From: Schizochytrium sp. TIO01
Taxonomy: Eukaryota > Protista > Bigyra: Labyrinthulomycetes
Assembly: GCA_004764695.1 (NCBI GenBank)
Contig: SMSO01000035.1
Coordinates: 496,001-560,000 of the forward strand
DNA length: 64,000 bases
Reading direction: 5' to 3'
The notes under the pieces were generated by a model. The model did no database searches and was not told the DNA's origin. It worked only from the letters and a program-made list of their open reading frames with translations. A program made the position numbers and the translations under genes. Position 1 is the stretch's first letter; the number at the start of each line of letters is the position of its first letter. Of the stretch, positions 46,146-57,700 are shown piece by piece.

Positions 46146-49100
46146 CTACCGTGAACCTGGGAGACCACGCCTAATATAGGTATTGACAAGATTACGCTTG
46201 TCCTGCTTCAGCATATCCAAATACGGAGCAAGCGACTCCTTGCCGCAGGTCTCGTTCATTTCAACGAACAGGTAGGTAGCCGCCTTGCGAACTTGTGTGT
46301 CACTGTGATCCAAGAATTCAATTAGAGCAGGGTGAATCTGAGTCAAAAGATCAAGCACTTTTTCCGAAGGCATACGACGAGTCAAAGCTCGCAACATATC
46401 AATGCAGGCATCCTGTGCAGTTACCGTTGGATTGCCCAAGACTTGCAGAATTAGAGGAAGGCATCGAGAAGGATCACAAGATTCTGCAATGAGCAGTAAA
46501 GGAGCTTTCATATAGTTGTGCACAACTACATCAGGTGTTCCCCCTTCAATGTTAAAAATGGCCTGAAAAATGTTCTCCACCAAGCTATCCAGTCCCTCAT
46601 AATGATGCTTCAAAAGTAGCTGGAGCAGGAGCAGCGCCTCGAGTTTAGCACTGAGCTCGTTCTGGTTCAATTCATCTATACAGGTCTGGGCAATTTGACC
46701 TGCCCAATAGTTGCTGTCAGAGGCTGCATTATGTCTGACATCTACCCTCGAAGCCCAGGAACTTAGCTGGTCCCAAGCAGATGCATGGACGCTAGCGTCA
46801 CTACTCTTTAGTTGTAATAAGAGCTGGCTCACGGTCGTTTCAAAGCTATTCAGATCTGCAATGGCATCTGCAGGTGTTGTTTGCTCAGGAGCTAAAGGGA
46901 ATATGGGTGGAGAGGACGACGCCGGTCTCATATCAAAACGCTGTGGTGTGAGAGGTTTTAAACTTGCTGCATTGACTCGAGGGCTTGCACGAACGGCCTC
47001 GACCTTTGTTTCACTTTCAATAGTCTGGAAAGGCGATCCCAGTAGAAGTTCTTCATGGTGGACCATTCCACGAGAAGCTGGGACGGGTGAATTGACATTT
47101 TCATGATCGTTGTGAAGCACATCAAACGGGTCAGTATCTGCTGGACTCTGGGTTAGCTCCGGTTGGGTAGCATCTTCATTGACTACTTTCAGCACGTGAT
47201 TAGTATCAAGTAATTCGATGGTCTCATCCTCATCTTGTTGATGCTCCTTCATATGTCTTGATGCAATGGAGCGCTGTGAAAGCTGTGATTGGGACCTACT
47301 CAAGCTACCCCGTGCACTACCTGGTTCCTGACGTGTTACGGAGCGCGGAGACTGAGGCGAAGACATCTTGTTTTGTGAGGCGAGGGTAGCTCCAGCGTAT
47401 TGGGGCGGCTGATTGGCACGAGCGTTTTCTAAGTGGGACCTTTTAGACTCATCGAAGTTTGAGATATTATCCTTACAAACCTTTTCTGCGCGATCACGGA
47501 CATCACCAGGCAATTCATTCGATTCAAGCTGCTGAACAAAAAGAGCTGGATCATGTTTGTAAACAGCAAGAAGGACGGCTGTGGCAGCTTTGCGCATATC
47601 GAGATTTCTTGAGGAGAGAGACCGATCAGCTCGGCGAATGACTTGAAAGACATGCAAGCCAGTGGTAAAGAAGTGGCGTGTCAGCGGCACAATCTTCTCA
47701 AGGTATTCCAGGGCAGCCAGGCGCTTGGAGTCTCCCTTTTGTTTAGAAAGCTCGCTAAGCATACCAGCCAGCAAATCGGCTGGAAAATGCTCGAAACACA
47801 GATCCATTGCCTCGCTAGAGAATCGTCGGATTGGTAGCTTCCCATCCTTTGTGCCGGCTAAAAGAGCAGGTACTAAAATCTTGAGGTAGTCACTAAAGTC
47901 CTTGGCATGTTTAGGAAGCATCAAGCAAATGCATTTCAACACGTCCTGTGCTACTTTGTGGTGGCGACGCTCATCAGCTGCTTTGGCGCACAAAGCAGGA
48001 ATCAGCTTGGCGGCAAAAACTGGCGGGAAACCGTTTGGACTATCCATCAATGCGCTCATGATTGCCTCCACCGCGTCTTTTCTTGCGGACCAATGAGGGT
48101 TACTTTCAAGCTCCCGTAAGTGAGCAGTCAGGCTGCCTACTGAGGCGGATGCTTCCGATGCTTCACTATGCGCGTAGCCAGGAGCAGGCCCGCTATTGGT
48201 GGCAGAGAACGAGAACTGAGATTGAGACCGAGAGTTCATTGGCTCCCGCAGGGCAGCGCGCTCAGGGCGCGGGCCTTGTGTTTCGCTGCTGTTGGTCGTC
48301 GTTACAGAAGCACCAAGATTTTGCTCGACCCTCTTTGCAAACCCCATTGTGGAACGGGGTTCCTGCAGCGCTTGTTGTTGCGTCTGCTGAGGCAAACCAA
48401 CAGTACGCGGGGGTCTTGTTGCTACGCGTTGAGCACCCATAACGCGACGAGGACCGTTTTGAGAGCGGGTAGGCTTCGAAGAGGCATCTGCGTAGTCCCC
48501 AGGTTGGTAGTCGCGAGTGTCTCGGCCCTTTAGCAATGGCGAGGGTTGTGCTTGGACGCGTTGTGGGCCAGAACGCATTGGGCGTCCGGCACGAAGTCCG
48601 TGCTGTGCATTGGCAGAAGCGCCAGCACTTGCATCGGAGGTCTCGCTTGTTGCATATGACGAAGGTGCCGCTGGCGACACATGTTGATGAAATCCTGAAG
48701 AAGAACTTCGTTGAGATGGGATTGGTGAAGCTCCGCGTTGTAAGCTGCCTTGTGAACCTCCGCTACTTACAGTGTCAAAGTCGTTCTGGAAGTCCTCGTT
48801 AGTCTTGAAAGACAATACATCAGAACGAAAAGAACCGGTATCAAGTTCGCTGGTAGTTTCCGACTGAAATTCAAGAGGGGAGAAATCATTAGGACTCGAG
48901 GCCGTCGTGGGAAGGCTGCTCATGCTACTTGTGGCTGGGTTTTTATTGCCAGACGCCAGTTTGCGGTCCTGGCTTGAGGCAGGAGACACACGGACACGTG
49001 GGCTCAAGTCGGCTTCAAATTGTACATCAGACTGGGCGGCAAGCAAGCGTCGCTGACTAGAGCTATCAAGTCGTTTCATGATAGGCTCAGCAAGCTCAGG

Positions 49101-49910
49101 GCAGCGTGCGTGGAAAACCCAGTAGCAGGATCGTGCAGTGTTGCGGTTCTTCTCGTCTGCATCAGAGAGTGCTGTTTGTACGGCTGCTCGGACTTCAGTC
49201 AGGCGCCGGGTGTTTGAAGAGCGCATTATACCGGACCATTTGCGTAAAATAAGGTCAATATATTCAATAGAGACTAGCCGAAGATGGCTAGCTTTTTCTG
49301 TGACAGCTTCGCAGCATTTAGAAAGAATTTTGCCAACGCCAAAGGGTGCAGCGCATTCAATGATGGCTCGAATGCACGAGTCTGCTGATTCTGAAATTAC
49401 CTTGATTGAGACACACGTCTGTTTCAAGCAAATCTCAACCGCTGCAAAAGCAATCGATGCAAATCGAGGCGACCATTTGTAGGTTCCTTGACGCACACCT
49501 TCCACCTGAAACGCGTTAGCAAATGCTGCAAACGCGCTGCTTGCCTCTTTGACAATCGTCGAACGGAGGTCCTTCAGTTGCCCACACAGTGGCTCGCGAA
49601 TACGAGAAAGATAGTCAAGAAATTCCTCATAGCCGGCAGCACCCTGTTCTGCGGCCTTGCGAAGCCGCTCTAATGCAAGCATTCGGTCCTTCCAGTCCAC
49701 TTCCTTTTTCTCCAGCACCTTGCAGGCAAATTCGCAATCGCGAATCACGTCTCGCAAGGGAATAGATGGCGATGCAGGGCCGCCTGGTGACCTCAGTGCT
49801 GCATTTGTTTCACATGAGACGCTCAATTGTGATTTTACGCTAGGGTCCTCCTCATTAACATTGGCGCTCATCATGAAGTTTTCTGTTTTATCATCCTGAT
49901 GGGACATCAT
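46146..49910 (-). CDS. CLASP: CLASP (CLIP-associating protein) family TOG/HEAT microtubule regulator
   Basis: DWKDRMLAL...DLRSTIVKEA...SDADEKNRNTARSCYW (CLASP_N/TOG); S/R/P-rich linker; second TOG (WSARKDAV); C-terminal VRKAATY...LAPYL...LVNTYI. Confidence 0.88.
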   Translation of the reverse strand: MMSHQDDKTENFMMSANVNEEDPSVKSQLSVSCETNAALRSPGGPASPSIPLRDVIRDCEFACKVLEKKEVDWKDRMLALERLRKAAEQGAAGYEEFLDYLSRIREPLCGQLKDLRSTIVKEASSAFAAFANAFQVEGVRQGTYKWSPRFASIAFAAVEICLKQTCVSIKVISESADSCIRAIIECAAPFGVGKILSKCCEAVTEKASHLRLVSIEYIDLILRKWSGIMRSSNTRRLTEVRAAVQTALSDADEKNRNTARSCYWVFHARCPELAEPIMKRLDSSSQRRLLAAQSDVQFEADLSPRVRVSPASSQDRKLASGNKNPATSSMSSLPTTASSPNDFSPLEFQSETTSELDTGSFRSDVLSFKTNEDFQNDFDTVSSGGSQGSLQRGASPIPSQRSSSSGFHQHVSPAAPSSYATSETSDASAGASANAQHGLRAGRPMRSGPQRVQAQPSPLLKGRDTRDYQPGDYADASSKPTRSQNGPRRVMGAQRVATRPPRTVGLPQQTQQQALQEPRSTMGFAKRVEQNLGASVTTTNSSETQGPRPERAALREPMNSRSQSQFSFSATNSGPAPGYAHSEASEASASVGSLTAHLRELESNPHWSARKDAVEAIMSALMDSPNGFPPVFAAKLIPALCAKAADERRHHKVAQDVLKCICLMLPKHAKDFSDYLKILVPALLAGTKDGKLPIRRFSSEAMDLCFEHFPADLLAGMLSELSKQKGDSKRLAALEYLEKIVPLTRHFFTTGLHVFQVIRRADRSLSSRNLDMRKAATAVLLAVYKHDPALFVQQLESNELPGDVRDRAEKVCKDNISNFDESKRSHLENARANQPPQYAGATLASQNKMSSPQSPRSVTRQEPGSARGSLSRSQSQLSQRSIASRHMKEHQQDEDETIELLDTNHVLKVVNEDATQPELTQSPADTDPFDVLHNDHENVNSPVPASRGMVHHEELLLGSPFQTIESETKVEAVRASPRVNAASLKPLTPQRFDMRPASSSPPIFPLAPEQTTPADAIADLNSFETTVSQLLLQLKSSDASVHASAWDQLSSWASRVDVRHNAASDSNYWAGQIAQTCIDELNQNELSAKLEALLLLQLLLKHHYEGLDSLVENIFQAIFNIEGGTPDVVVHNYMKAPLLLIAESCDPSRCLPLILQVLGNPTVTAQDACIDMLRALTRRMPSEKVLDLLTQIHPALIEFLDHSDTQVRKAATYLFVEMNETCGKESLAPYLDMLKQDKRNLVNTYIRRGLPGSR

Positions 49911-51999
49911 TGCAACTTGAAGTTTTTGCTTTCGTTGCCACAGTTGTTAGGATATAATTTCGGGTGATGAAACTTCGATGATCAGCAATTAAAAGTCGGC
50001 TCAATTTTGGTGTAAAAGTCGAGTGTTGAGTTTTAAAACGCTACTATTAAAATGGCGTCGGGATGTGGACCTTGGCCAAAACACCGCAGAAGACTCGAGA
50101 ACGTTTTCAAATGACGGATGAAGCAGGGCTGTATTGTAGTAAATCAAGTTCTTATCAACACGAGTGTGTTCTCGATCGACCTGATCCGCTCAGGCTATTA
50201 TAACTTTCTGTCTAAGCTCGCGCAGAAGCCTTGAGCCTTATTTGTATTATCTGCAATGCTTCGCTTTCGTGCAGTTGCACAGTGTCTGTGTCGCTCGTAA
50301 TCGCAAGGCTATTGTCACGGCTGCTGGGCTCTGCTCTTCGTGACCCACTAGCTTGTTATTGCAATGACTAGAACGCAAGGACGTCTGAGGCGCTCACGAT
50401 TTGTCGATCTGCGCAATCTTGCAGTGCAAGGATTGAGGGCGATAACCGATTGCACGAATGGAGATGGAAACGACGAATGTCATATAATAAAAAAATAAAC
50501 AACCAACTAATGATTATATACTAGGGAGACTTTTTAAAATCATAAACTTACTTTATATGATCTGTTCTGAGGGAAAAGAAACTCTATGCTTTTTCTCTTA
50601 GAGCAAGAGCGAGTGCTCGATGAATTTTTAAAATACATTACCATAGTGTAGGTAATAGTACTATGTAGGCTATATTTATTTTTTTCTTCTTGTTTCATTA
50701 TAATTAAAATATGAAGTTATTTCCATGTGGTAACTCACAATTAAAACTCCAAATACAAACATACTCTAGATTATAGTTTGGTTGAAGTCAGTGATTTATA
50801 TAACATTGGACACCAGCCCTTACCTTTTCTGAAGTACCAGCACCTTGAACTGCAAACCAGAAAGGTTTCTGCATGGGAATCAAGCTGCATTTATCGTCGT
50901 AAGGTTGAAACAGTAACGAGGCCTATATATTCATAGCCAATGATAAATCTCTTTTTTCTTTTCCTCTTTCTCTCCCTTTTTTAAATTTAAAAATAATAAA
51001 AATAAAAAAATAAAAAATCGAGGCGGCAGTTGCACAGTTCCAGACTACTAGGTGCTCGGTCTGATTGAAAAGTACCCTGCTGTTTCATACTAGCTCGAGT
51101 TGCTATAAGAGAATCCCAAGAACGATACAGAAACCTCGACAGCAACATATATTTCTTAAAAGCTACTGGATAGGTTCACTGGGCTGGCAGGGAAATGTAA
51201 CAGCAGCAGCTCACATTCTAGTTTATAACCGGATACATAATACTCTCAAATACCCTCTTATTACTCATTTAGGCTTGCGTTATTATGTTTAAAGGGGTAT
51301 ATTGTGGACGTTGGAAGCTCTCTCAGCCTTTAATCAGATTTTGCCTGTCCAAATAAGAGCGTTACGATAACGTTTCACAAAACGTAATTTTAAACCTTCA
51401 GGTCAACCAAGTACTAGTCACCTAGAAAGTTTCTTACTATTTTTATAATTAATATTATAACAAACCTTAATTAGCCTTTCAGGTTCGAAGATTTCAGAAT
51501 CACCATATGGCTCATAATCAACACAGTCTTTTAAGACTATCTGAGCATTGACACTTTAGTCAGAATGCCTCGAGGCCTTGGCAAGGGGTAGCCAACTAAA
51601 TAAGGCAACTTCGGAATGATTGGCTTGGCTGTAGGTATTAAGGCAACAGGTTCATATTTATTCGAAGATACCTACGCTCTTTTTAAAAAGCGGGAAATCT
51701 TGTCGCTACTCTCACCAAAAGGAACTTTGGGGTAGCCCTAATTATTAACCCTTGTAGCGAATGTCGAAGCGTGGTTACATTTTGAAAGCTGAGATTCACT
51801 ATCCCAAGAGGTTACATGCAAGAAAGTATACATTGCCTTACAACAAGATCGGCATATCAAAACTCTGCCATTTGTAGGTACCTATTAATGTTTGCACAGG
51901 TGCCATGGCATCCGCAATGTTCATAATCCAGATAGTACAGAAGTAGGTACCTACATCTTACATTGCGGAACAAGCTGGCCAACAAGGTTAATATACTCT

Positions 52000-53112
52000 A
52001 GGTACTACGGGTTCTCGATGAACTTCCGGGGATTGATGCAAGAGCAGCTCTTATCAAACAGCTGATAGCCCAGGGCGACGGGCCTTTCTCTGGCTATTGA
52101 TTTTCGTTTGTCCGCCTGCCTTTTTAACAACTTCTGTCCCACTTCTTCTTACTGCAATCGCGCTTTTGTGGATTGTTTTGCGATTGCAAAGTCAAAACTA
52201 GGCAAAACTCGCTCCAAAGAAGACGGAACAAACGATGTCACTGTCAGGGCATTCTCCAAAATTCGGCTCGGTTGACCTAGATACAAACTAGCTTCCGAGC
52301 CCAGCTTGTCTTGAAGTTCATCCTAAACTCGATCAACCCATTGAGGATTGAGCACCCGTCCTGAGTGTCCTGCATGCCTGTCATTTGCGCACAGTTTGTC
52401 TTGTTTGGTACACTCCACAAATCATTAGATAGTCGAGTCTCATTTCGCTGGGCATGCCGTACTCTAGAGCTAGAAAGGTAGCACGTACTGTTGTTATCAT
52501 CCGCTCTAATTGGCCTTCTGCTGCGGCACTTGCACTGGCACTTGCGCTAGCACTTGCACTAGCACTTGCAGGCAGCAACCCTTAAGAGCCCTGGCGCGGC
52601 ACTTGCAGCATCGGTGCTCTGATGGAGCTCCTCTGATGGAGGAGCCGAGCAAAGCGCGCAACTGGGCTATCGTTGTTTCCGGACCACGCGAACTTGCTGA
52701 TGGTACTTGTTACGTAGCAGTGGTCACTGCAAACATAGCACGTAAATAAAGCTAAGGTCATGTCATATAGGTAGTACGTAATATAATCTTTTATTCCCTG
52801 CTCGCGGGCGCTAGTTGTTGACGGTGTAGTAATCAACCAGCTCGATGAGCTCTCACCCGTGGATCGATCGCGGAATTCTTCTCAAGCTCATCACGCCTCC
52901 GGGACGCAATCATGCGAATCTCTTGAACGCATAAACAGCAACCGGGGTCCTACGAAGGGTCTCCTTGCTCGAAAGCGGAGGAGACTGACTACCGCGTCAA
53001 TCTGAACCTGCGTGGCTAACTCAGGTGCTGAAGACTCGTTCACGCAGGGCAGAACACTGCAGAACTCCTCCGCATGCGTAGGGAGTTGGTCCGTTTGTTG
53101 TTGGTCACCCAA
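52000..53112 (-). pseudogene. Possible decayed gene of unknown family
   Basis: ORF pieces 52891-53112, 52582-52836 and 52381-52578 are all in one frame, separated by stops. Further protein-like sequence extends to ~52010. Confidence 0.3.
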
Positions 53113-53152
53113 ACGAAGCTCGCTCAGTCTCCCTTATTCGTGCCATCCCAAT

Positions 53153-54010
53153 TACTACCTACCTACCTGACTAGTTCCAAAGTCTCGGACTGACTGACTG
53201 AGACTAAGGGTCAGAAAGAAAGGAAGAAAGAAAGAAAGAATGAATGAATGAATGAATGAATGAATGAATGAATGAATGGGAGGGCGTCTTGGACCTAAAG
53301 AACCACGAGGATATCCAAGCTACTCTGCATCCGAGTCCTAGCGTCGTTGGCGGTGTGTTCTCTGCGTTGATCGCCATGGCCACCGCCGCGAGAGTCAGAA
53401 GCGAGTCGAGTTGGGTCTTGGCAAACGTCGGTCCAGCGACTTGCGTTGTGAACGGAACCCAAGGCAGCTAGCTCATCGAAGCAGCTCAGAGGGCCAAGCT
53501 CGCAATTCTTCGAGCCTGGTTGGAGTCGCGGCTCGCGTGCTTGAGAGAGCCCAGCCTTGCGACGAGACGAGAGAGCCTCGGAGAGAGTCCGTTGGAGCGG
53601 AGTCCACACCAGAGAGAGAGAGAGAGAGAAAGATCAAAGGGTCCAACGAAACAAACCTTCATCGGCGAGCTACGAACGAGCCCAAGCCGAAGGAGGCCAA
53701 CAGACAGCAGACAACAGACAACAGACAACAGACAACAGACAACACAGTGCAGTGCAGTGCAGTGCGACCACAAAACACGCAGGCGTGGTCGGGCTCCAGA
53801 CCAGAAGGAGGTGTCGCTTTGAGGTCGACCGCAAAGCTGCTCCAGAGCCGAGGCTCGGAATGCCCAAAGTCGAACTCTGTCAGATCTTAGACGAAGCGAT
53901 CAGAGTTTCACAAACCGAAAAGATGGATTAGATAGATAGGTCATACATACATTGATAACATACATTGATAACATACATTGATAACATACATTGATAACAT
54001 ACATACATAG
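53153..54010. repeat. Cluster of simple repeats: CTAC, CTGA, GAAA, (GAAT)n, (AG)n, (ACAACAG)n, (GTGCA)n and a 13-bp unit ACATACATTGATA x4 (53945-53996)
   Basis: Directly visible in the sequence. Confidence 0.9.
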
Positions 54011-54790
54011 ATTAGATACAGAGAGAGAGACGAAAGAAGCACTTGAAAGACCACCGAAGGGAGTTTGGAAGGAAAGGGATTTGGAAGGAAGGATGGAAGA
54101 AGGGAACCAATCAATCAATGCATGAGCAGTTCCTATTTCTGCGATCAACTTTCTTCGAGTTCCTTCTTTTCCTTTTCCTTTCCCCCCTCTGAAAAGAGGA
54201 GGGCATTCAAAGTCGTTGCAGCAGCCAGGACGCTGAGGAAACAGCTGTGACGATCCGCGCATCTGCGAGCGTGTAGGGATCCATCCTACTACTCTAGAGA
54301 CACGGCTTGCTAAGAAGACCACGATAACCTCAGTCTTCCATTCAACGAGACAGTTTCTGGTTGAATTTGCATTTGCGTTTGCAGTTCGTTTTGGACAGTA
54401 GCTACGACTGCTTGCTCTCCTCGGCCAAGGTTTTGCCAAAGCACACGATGGCTGCCGTTCTGACGTTCAAGATTGATCGATCAAACGAATTGATTGACCG
54501 TGGTGACCTGAGGACCCCTATATTACGGGACCCCATGTTCCCATCTCAGCCGTTCGAAAACACTTGTTCGCTGATATTGTCCCTTCAATTAGTGATTGAC
54601 GTGTCTGCTTTTTAATAAGCCTCTGTATAAACGCCAATCCGCAGAGCGACGGGACCCCAAGGAATTTCGAGTCAAGTTGTGGAGAAATCGAGCATGTAGC
54701 AACAAACAAACCCAGTTCTCTCCGCTATCCGTGATACATTGCCTGGTCTCCTGAAACTCTGAGCGAGAAGAATTATCGTCGCGCAGTATA

Positions 54791-57700
54791 ATGGGAGTGC
54801 TGCAGCGGCTCTTGTGCAGGCCTGGAAGAGGCTCTTCACAACGAGGTGGTGCCCAGGCCAGTGCAGAACCGGTGCCAGCATCGCCATCCACTTGCTCATG
54901 CAGAAGCTCGCAAACTCTGGTATCAGATTCAAACACAGGGGACGAAGAAAGCCACCTCCATTGCCTTAACCCAGACTTGAGGTCGGCTACAATCGAAAAT
55001 GCACATCGAAATTCAAACTCAGAGCGTCATTCCGCAATCTTCCGTAGAGGAAACGGTAGTGCAATGTCCTCAGGACGCAGAAGTGGAACTCAAAGACAAA
55101 GGGGTGATTCGTGTACTTCTGGTCCTATCATAAATGACGGAGGACACAACCATGGCAGAAATTGTGATACTGAGACTATGAATGGTGGGAATGAGTATGA
55201 ACGTTTCAGTGAAAGAACTGACGAGACAGATCGTCAGCATCCTCCAATTTTTGGACAGATCGTTGAAGAACTAGACCGTAGAAATGGGGATTGTGATCAA
55301 TATAGCAATGACTGTACAAGATATCATAGCGAGGAAGGCGAGGATGGTGAGGATGACGAGGTGGTCAACTCTAGGGCATCATTATCATCTACATGGTCTC
55401 CAAGCCTTGGACCCTTGCGTCGAGACAGTCTTACGGAATTATCTCAAACAAATAGCAGAGGCACCAATAGAGACGCACCCTGTAGAAGTAGGTGGCACGC
55501 TGCAGCCTTGGGTGCATGGAACTCTGAGGAAGCCCCTTGCATGAATGATCAGGCCACCTGGGAGGCTCTCCGACCATGCTTTTTGGTTAAGCTAAGCAAA
55601 GGCAAAGCGCGACTTCAACTTGACTCCAGGATTTGGCAGGATTTCAGCTCTAGTCAAGTGCAATTTTGGCCACTGGTGCAGAGGTCTAAACTTGCGGAGA
55701 TTAATCTAAGTGGTATTCTGCTTAACAACATGGCAGTAGAGATCCTTTCTGACCTTATCACTGATAACTTGCAAAACCTCCGCTCTTGCCAAATCGAAGG
55801 TAGCGAACTCCCTGGTAGAGGTCCAGCGGGTGCACTTGTGGAGGCGCTCGGGTGTCAAACATCAAGAATTGAAGTTTTATCATTAAAGGGAAGCGTTGTA
55901 CAGGAGTGTGGCAATCTAGTTGCCTACAGAGGCTCCATTTCGCATGACAATTTCTCTGGAGCTATTGACTTTGAAACCTGGTCAACAGTCATGCTCAAAC
56001 AAGTCATTCTGGCTGCAGGGTGCTGGTACTACGAGATCAAGTTTGAGCACATTGCAAATGGAGAGTATACGCAAATTGGGTGGGCATCTCAGGAGTTTGA
56101 ATGTCGTAGCTATGTTGATGGGGTGGGGGACGATGAGCATAGCTGGGCATTTGATATAGTACGGCGGTCTATCTGGCATAACGGCGTCGAAACTCCCTGG
56201 GGGGAACGTCTCGATGAGGGGGACACGTTGTGTTGCGTAGCAGATCTGGAAAATAATACTATTTCTTTTGGGTACAATGGATCATTCCTGGCACCCTTTG
56301 GTATTGCCTTTGATATTCCTCAGGGTCTTGTACTTCGACCTGCTATCACTGCTGGAAAAGACATGCGTCTCACGCTTAACACCGGATTTGACAAGATTGA
56401 ATATAGTCCGCCCCATAACGCATTGCCAATTTCCGAGTGGGTCGTTGGTGAACGTAGACTTGGTACACAGTGGCTGGTGGGAAGTCTTTGCCGCCTCGCT
56501 GCGCGACGAACGCTTCGTGTGTTAGACCTATCTAACAATGGATTAGACGCTTCTTCGCTTTCGCGCATTGCCAACGCTGCGCAAGCACTGCCCATCCAAG
56601 AATTATACCTTGCCGGGAATCATGCAACCCGCAAGTCGATTATGGCAATTGCATCCTTACTAGCAGAGACCAATTCTCTTCTGGTGCTGGATCTTTCTCA
56701 GAATTTTATTGGCTTTGATCACCACCCCGATGAGGATGAGCAGAGCAGCTTAGATTCAATGGCTTCTTCGCACGTATTGGACGGACTCCAACGCTACTTC
56801 TGTGGAGCTCTCATTCTTAACAGGACATTGCGCAGCTTGAATTTGGCAGGAAATGGGCTCAGCGAAGACGATACTGAAAATATAGCTCATGCAGTTATTG
56901 AAGGAAATTATCTCCGCACTTTATCCTTCGCAGGCAATCCAGTAAGTCAGCATATCACTCTCAAACTTTTGACTCAGGCAACTTCTTTAAAGGATCTTGA
57001 TCTTAGCCGTGTGGGAATTCTCCAGACCGACGATTCAGTTCGTGGAGAAAATGTAGACGTATATCATGAAGATTCTTTAAAAATATTAAGCCCTAACCTC
57101 AGACGCCTAATCCTACGTGGTAATGGACTCGGAAATCTGATAGATAGTCGCCTAGGCCTATTCCGTACCATCTTAAGTGCTACATCCTTGGAGGATGTGG
57201 ATCTAGGAAAAAACTCCATTGATCATCGGTTCGCAAATGACATTGCAGAGTTTATCATATCCAACCGGCGCCTACGTAACCTGAGACTGGATTCCAATTT
57301 GCTAGAAAGTGATTCCATGAATCAAATTTCTGAAGCACTGACGTCATCGAATCTAAGTGTTCTTGATGTGAGCGAAAACCCGATTGGTGCATCTTCCTGT
57401 GGATATCTGCTAGATTGCGCGAAGAACCTCACAACATTTTCTGCACGAATGTGTGAGATTGGTCTAGAGCCTTATGAAGATCAGTCCAAGGCACTCTCAA
57501 CATTGGCGTCCGCCATTAGCAGACACAGAACACTTCGCGACATTGATCTGAGTCAAAATGCTCTTAGAAATCCTGAAGTGGCAGCGCATGCTCTTGGGCG
57601 TGCTATTCGGGAGTGCCCCTCCTTGAAGAATGCAAAACTCTCTGCTATGGGATATGGTGCTGAAGGTGTACGTGAGCTGGTGTGGGAATTACTTCAAGGA

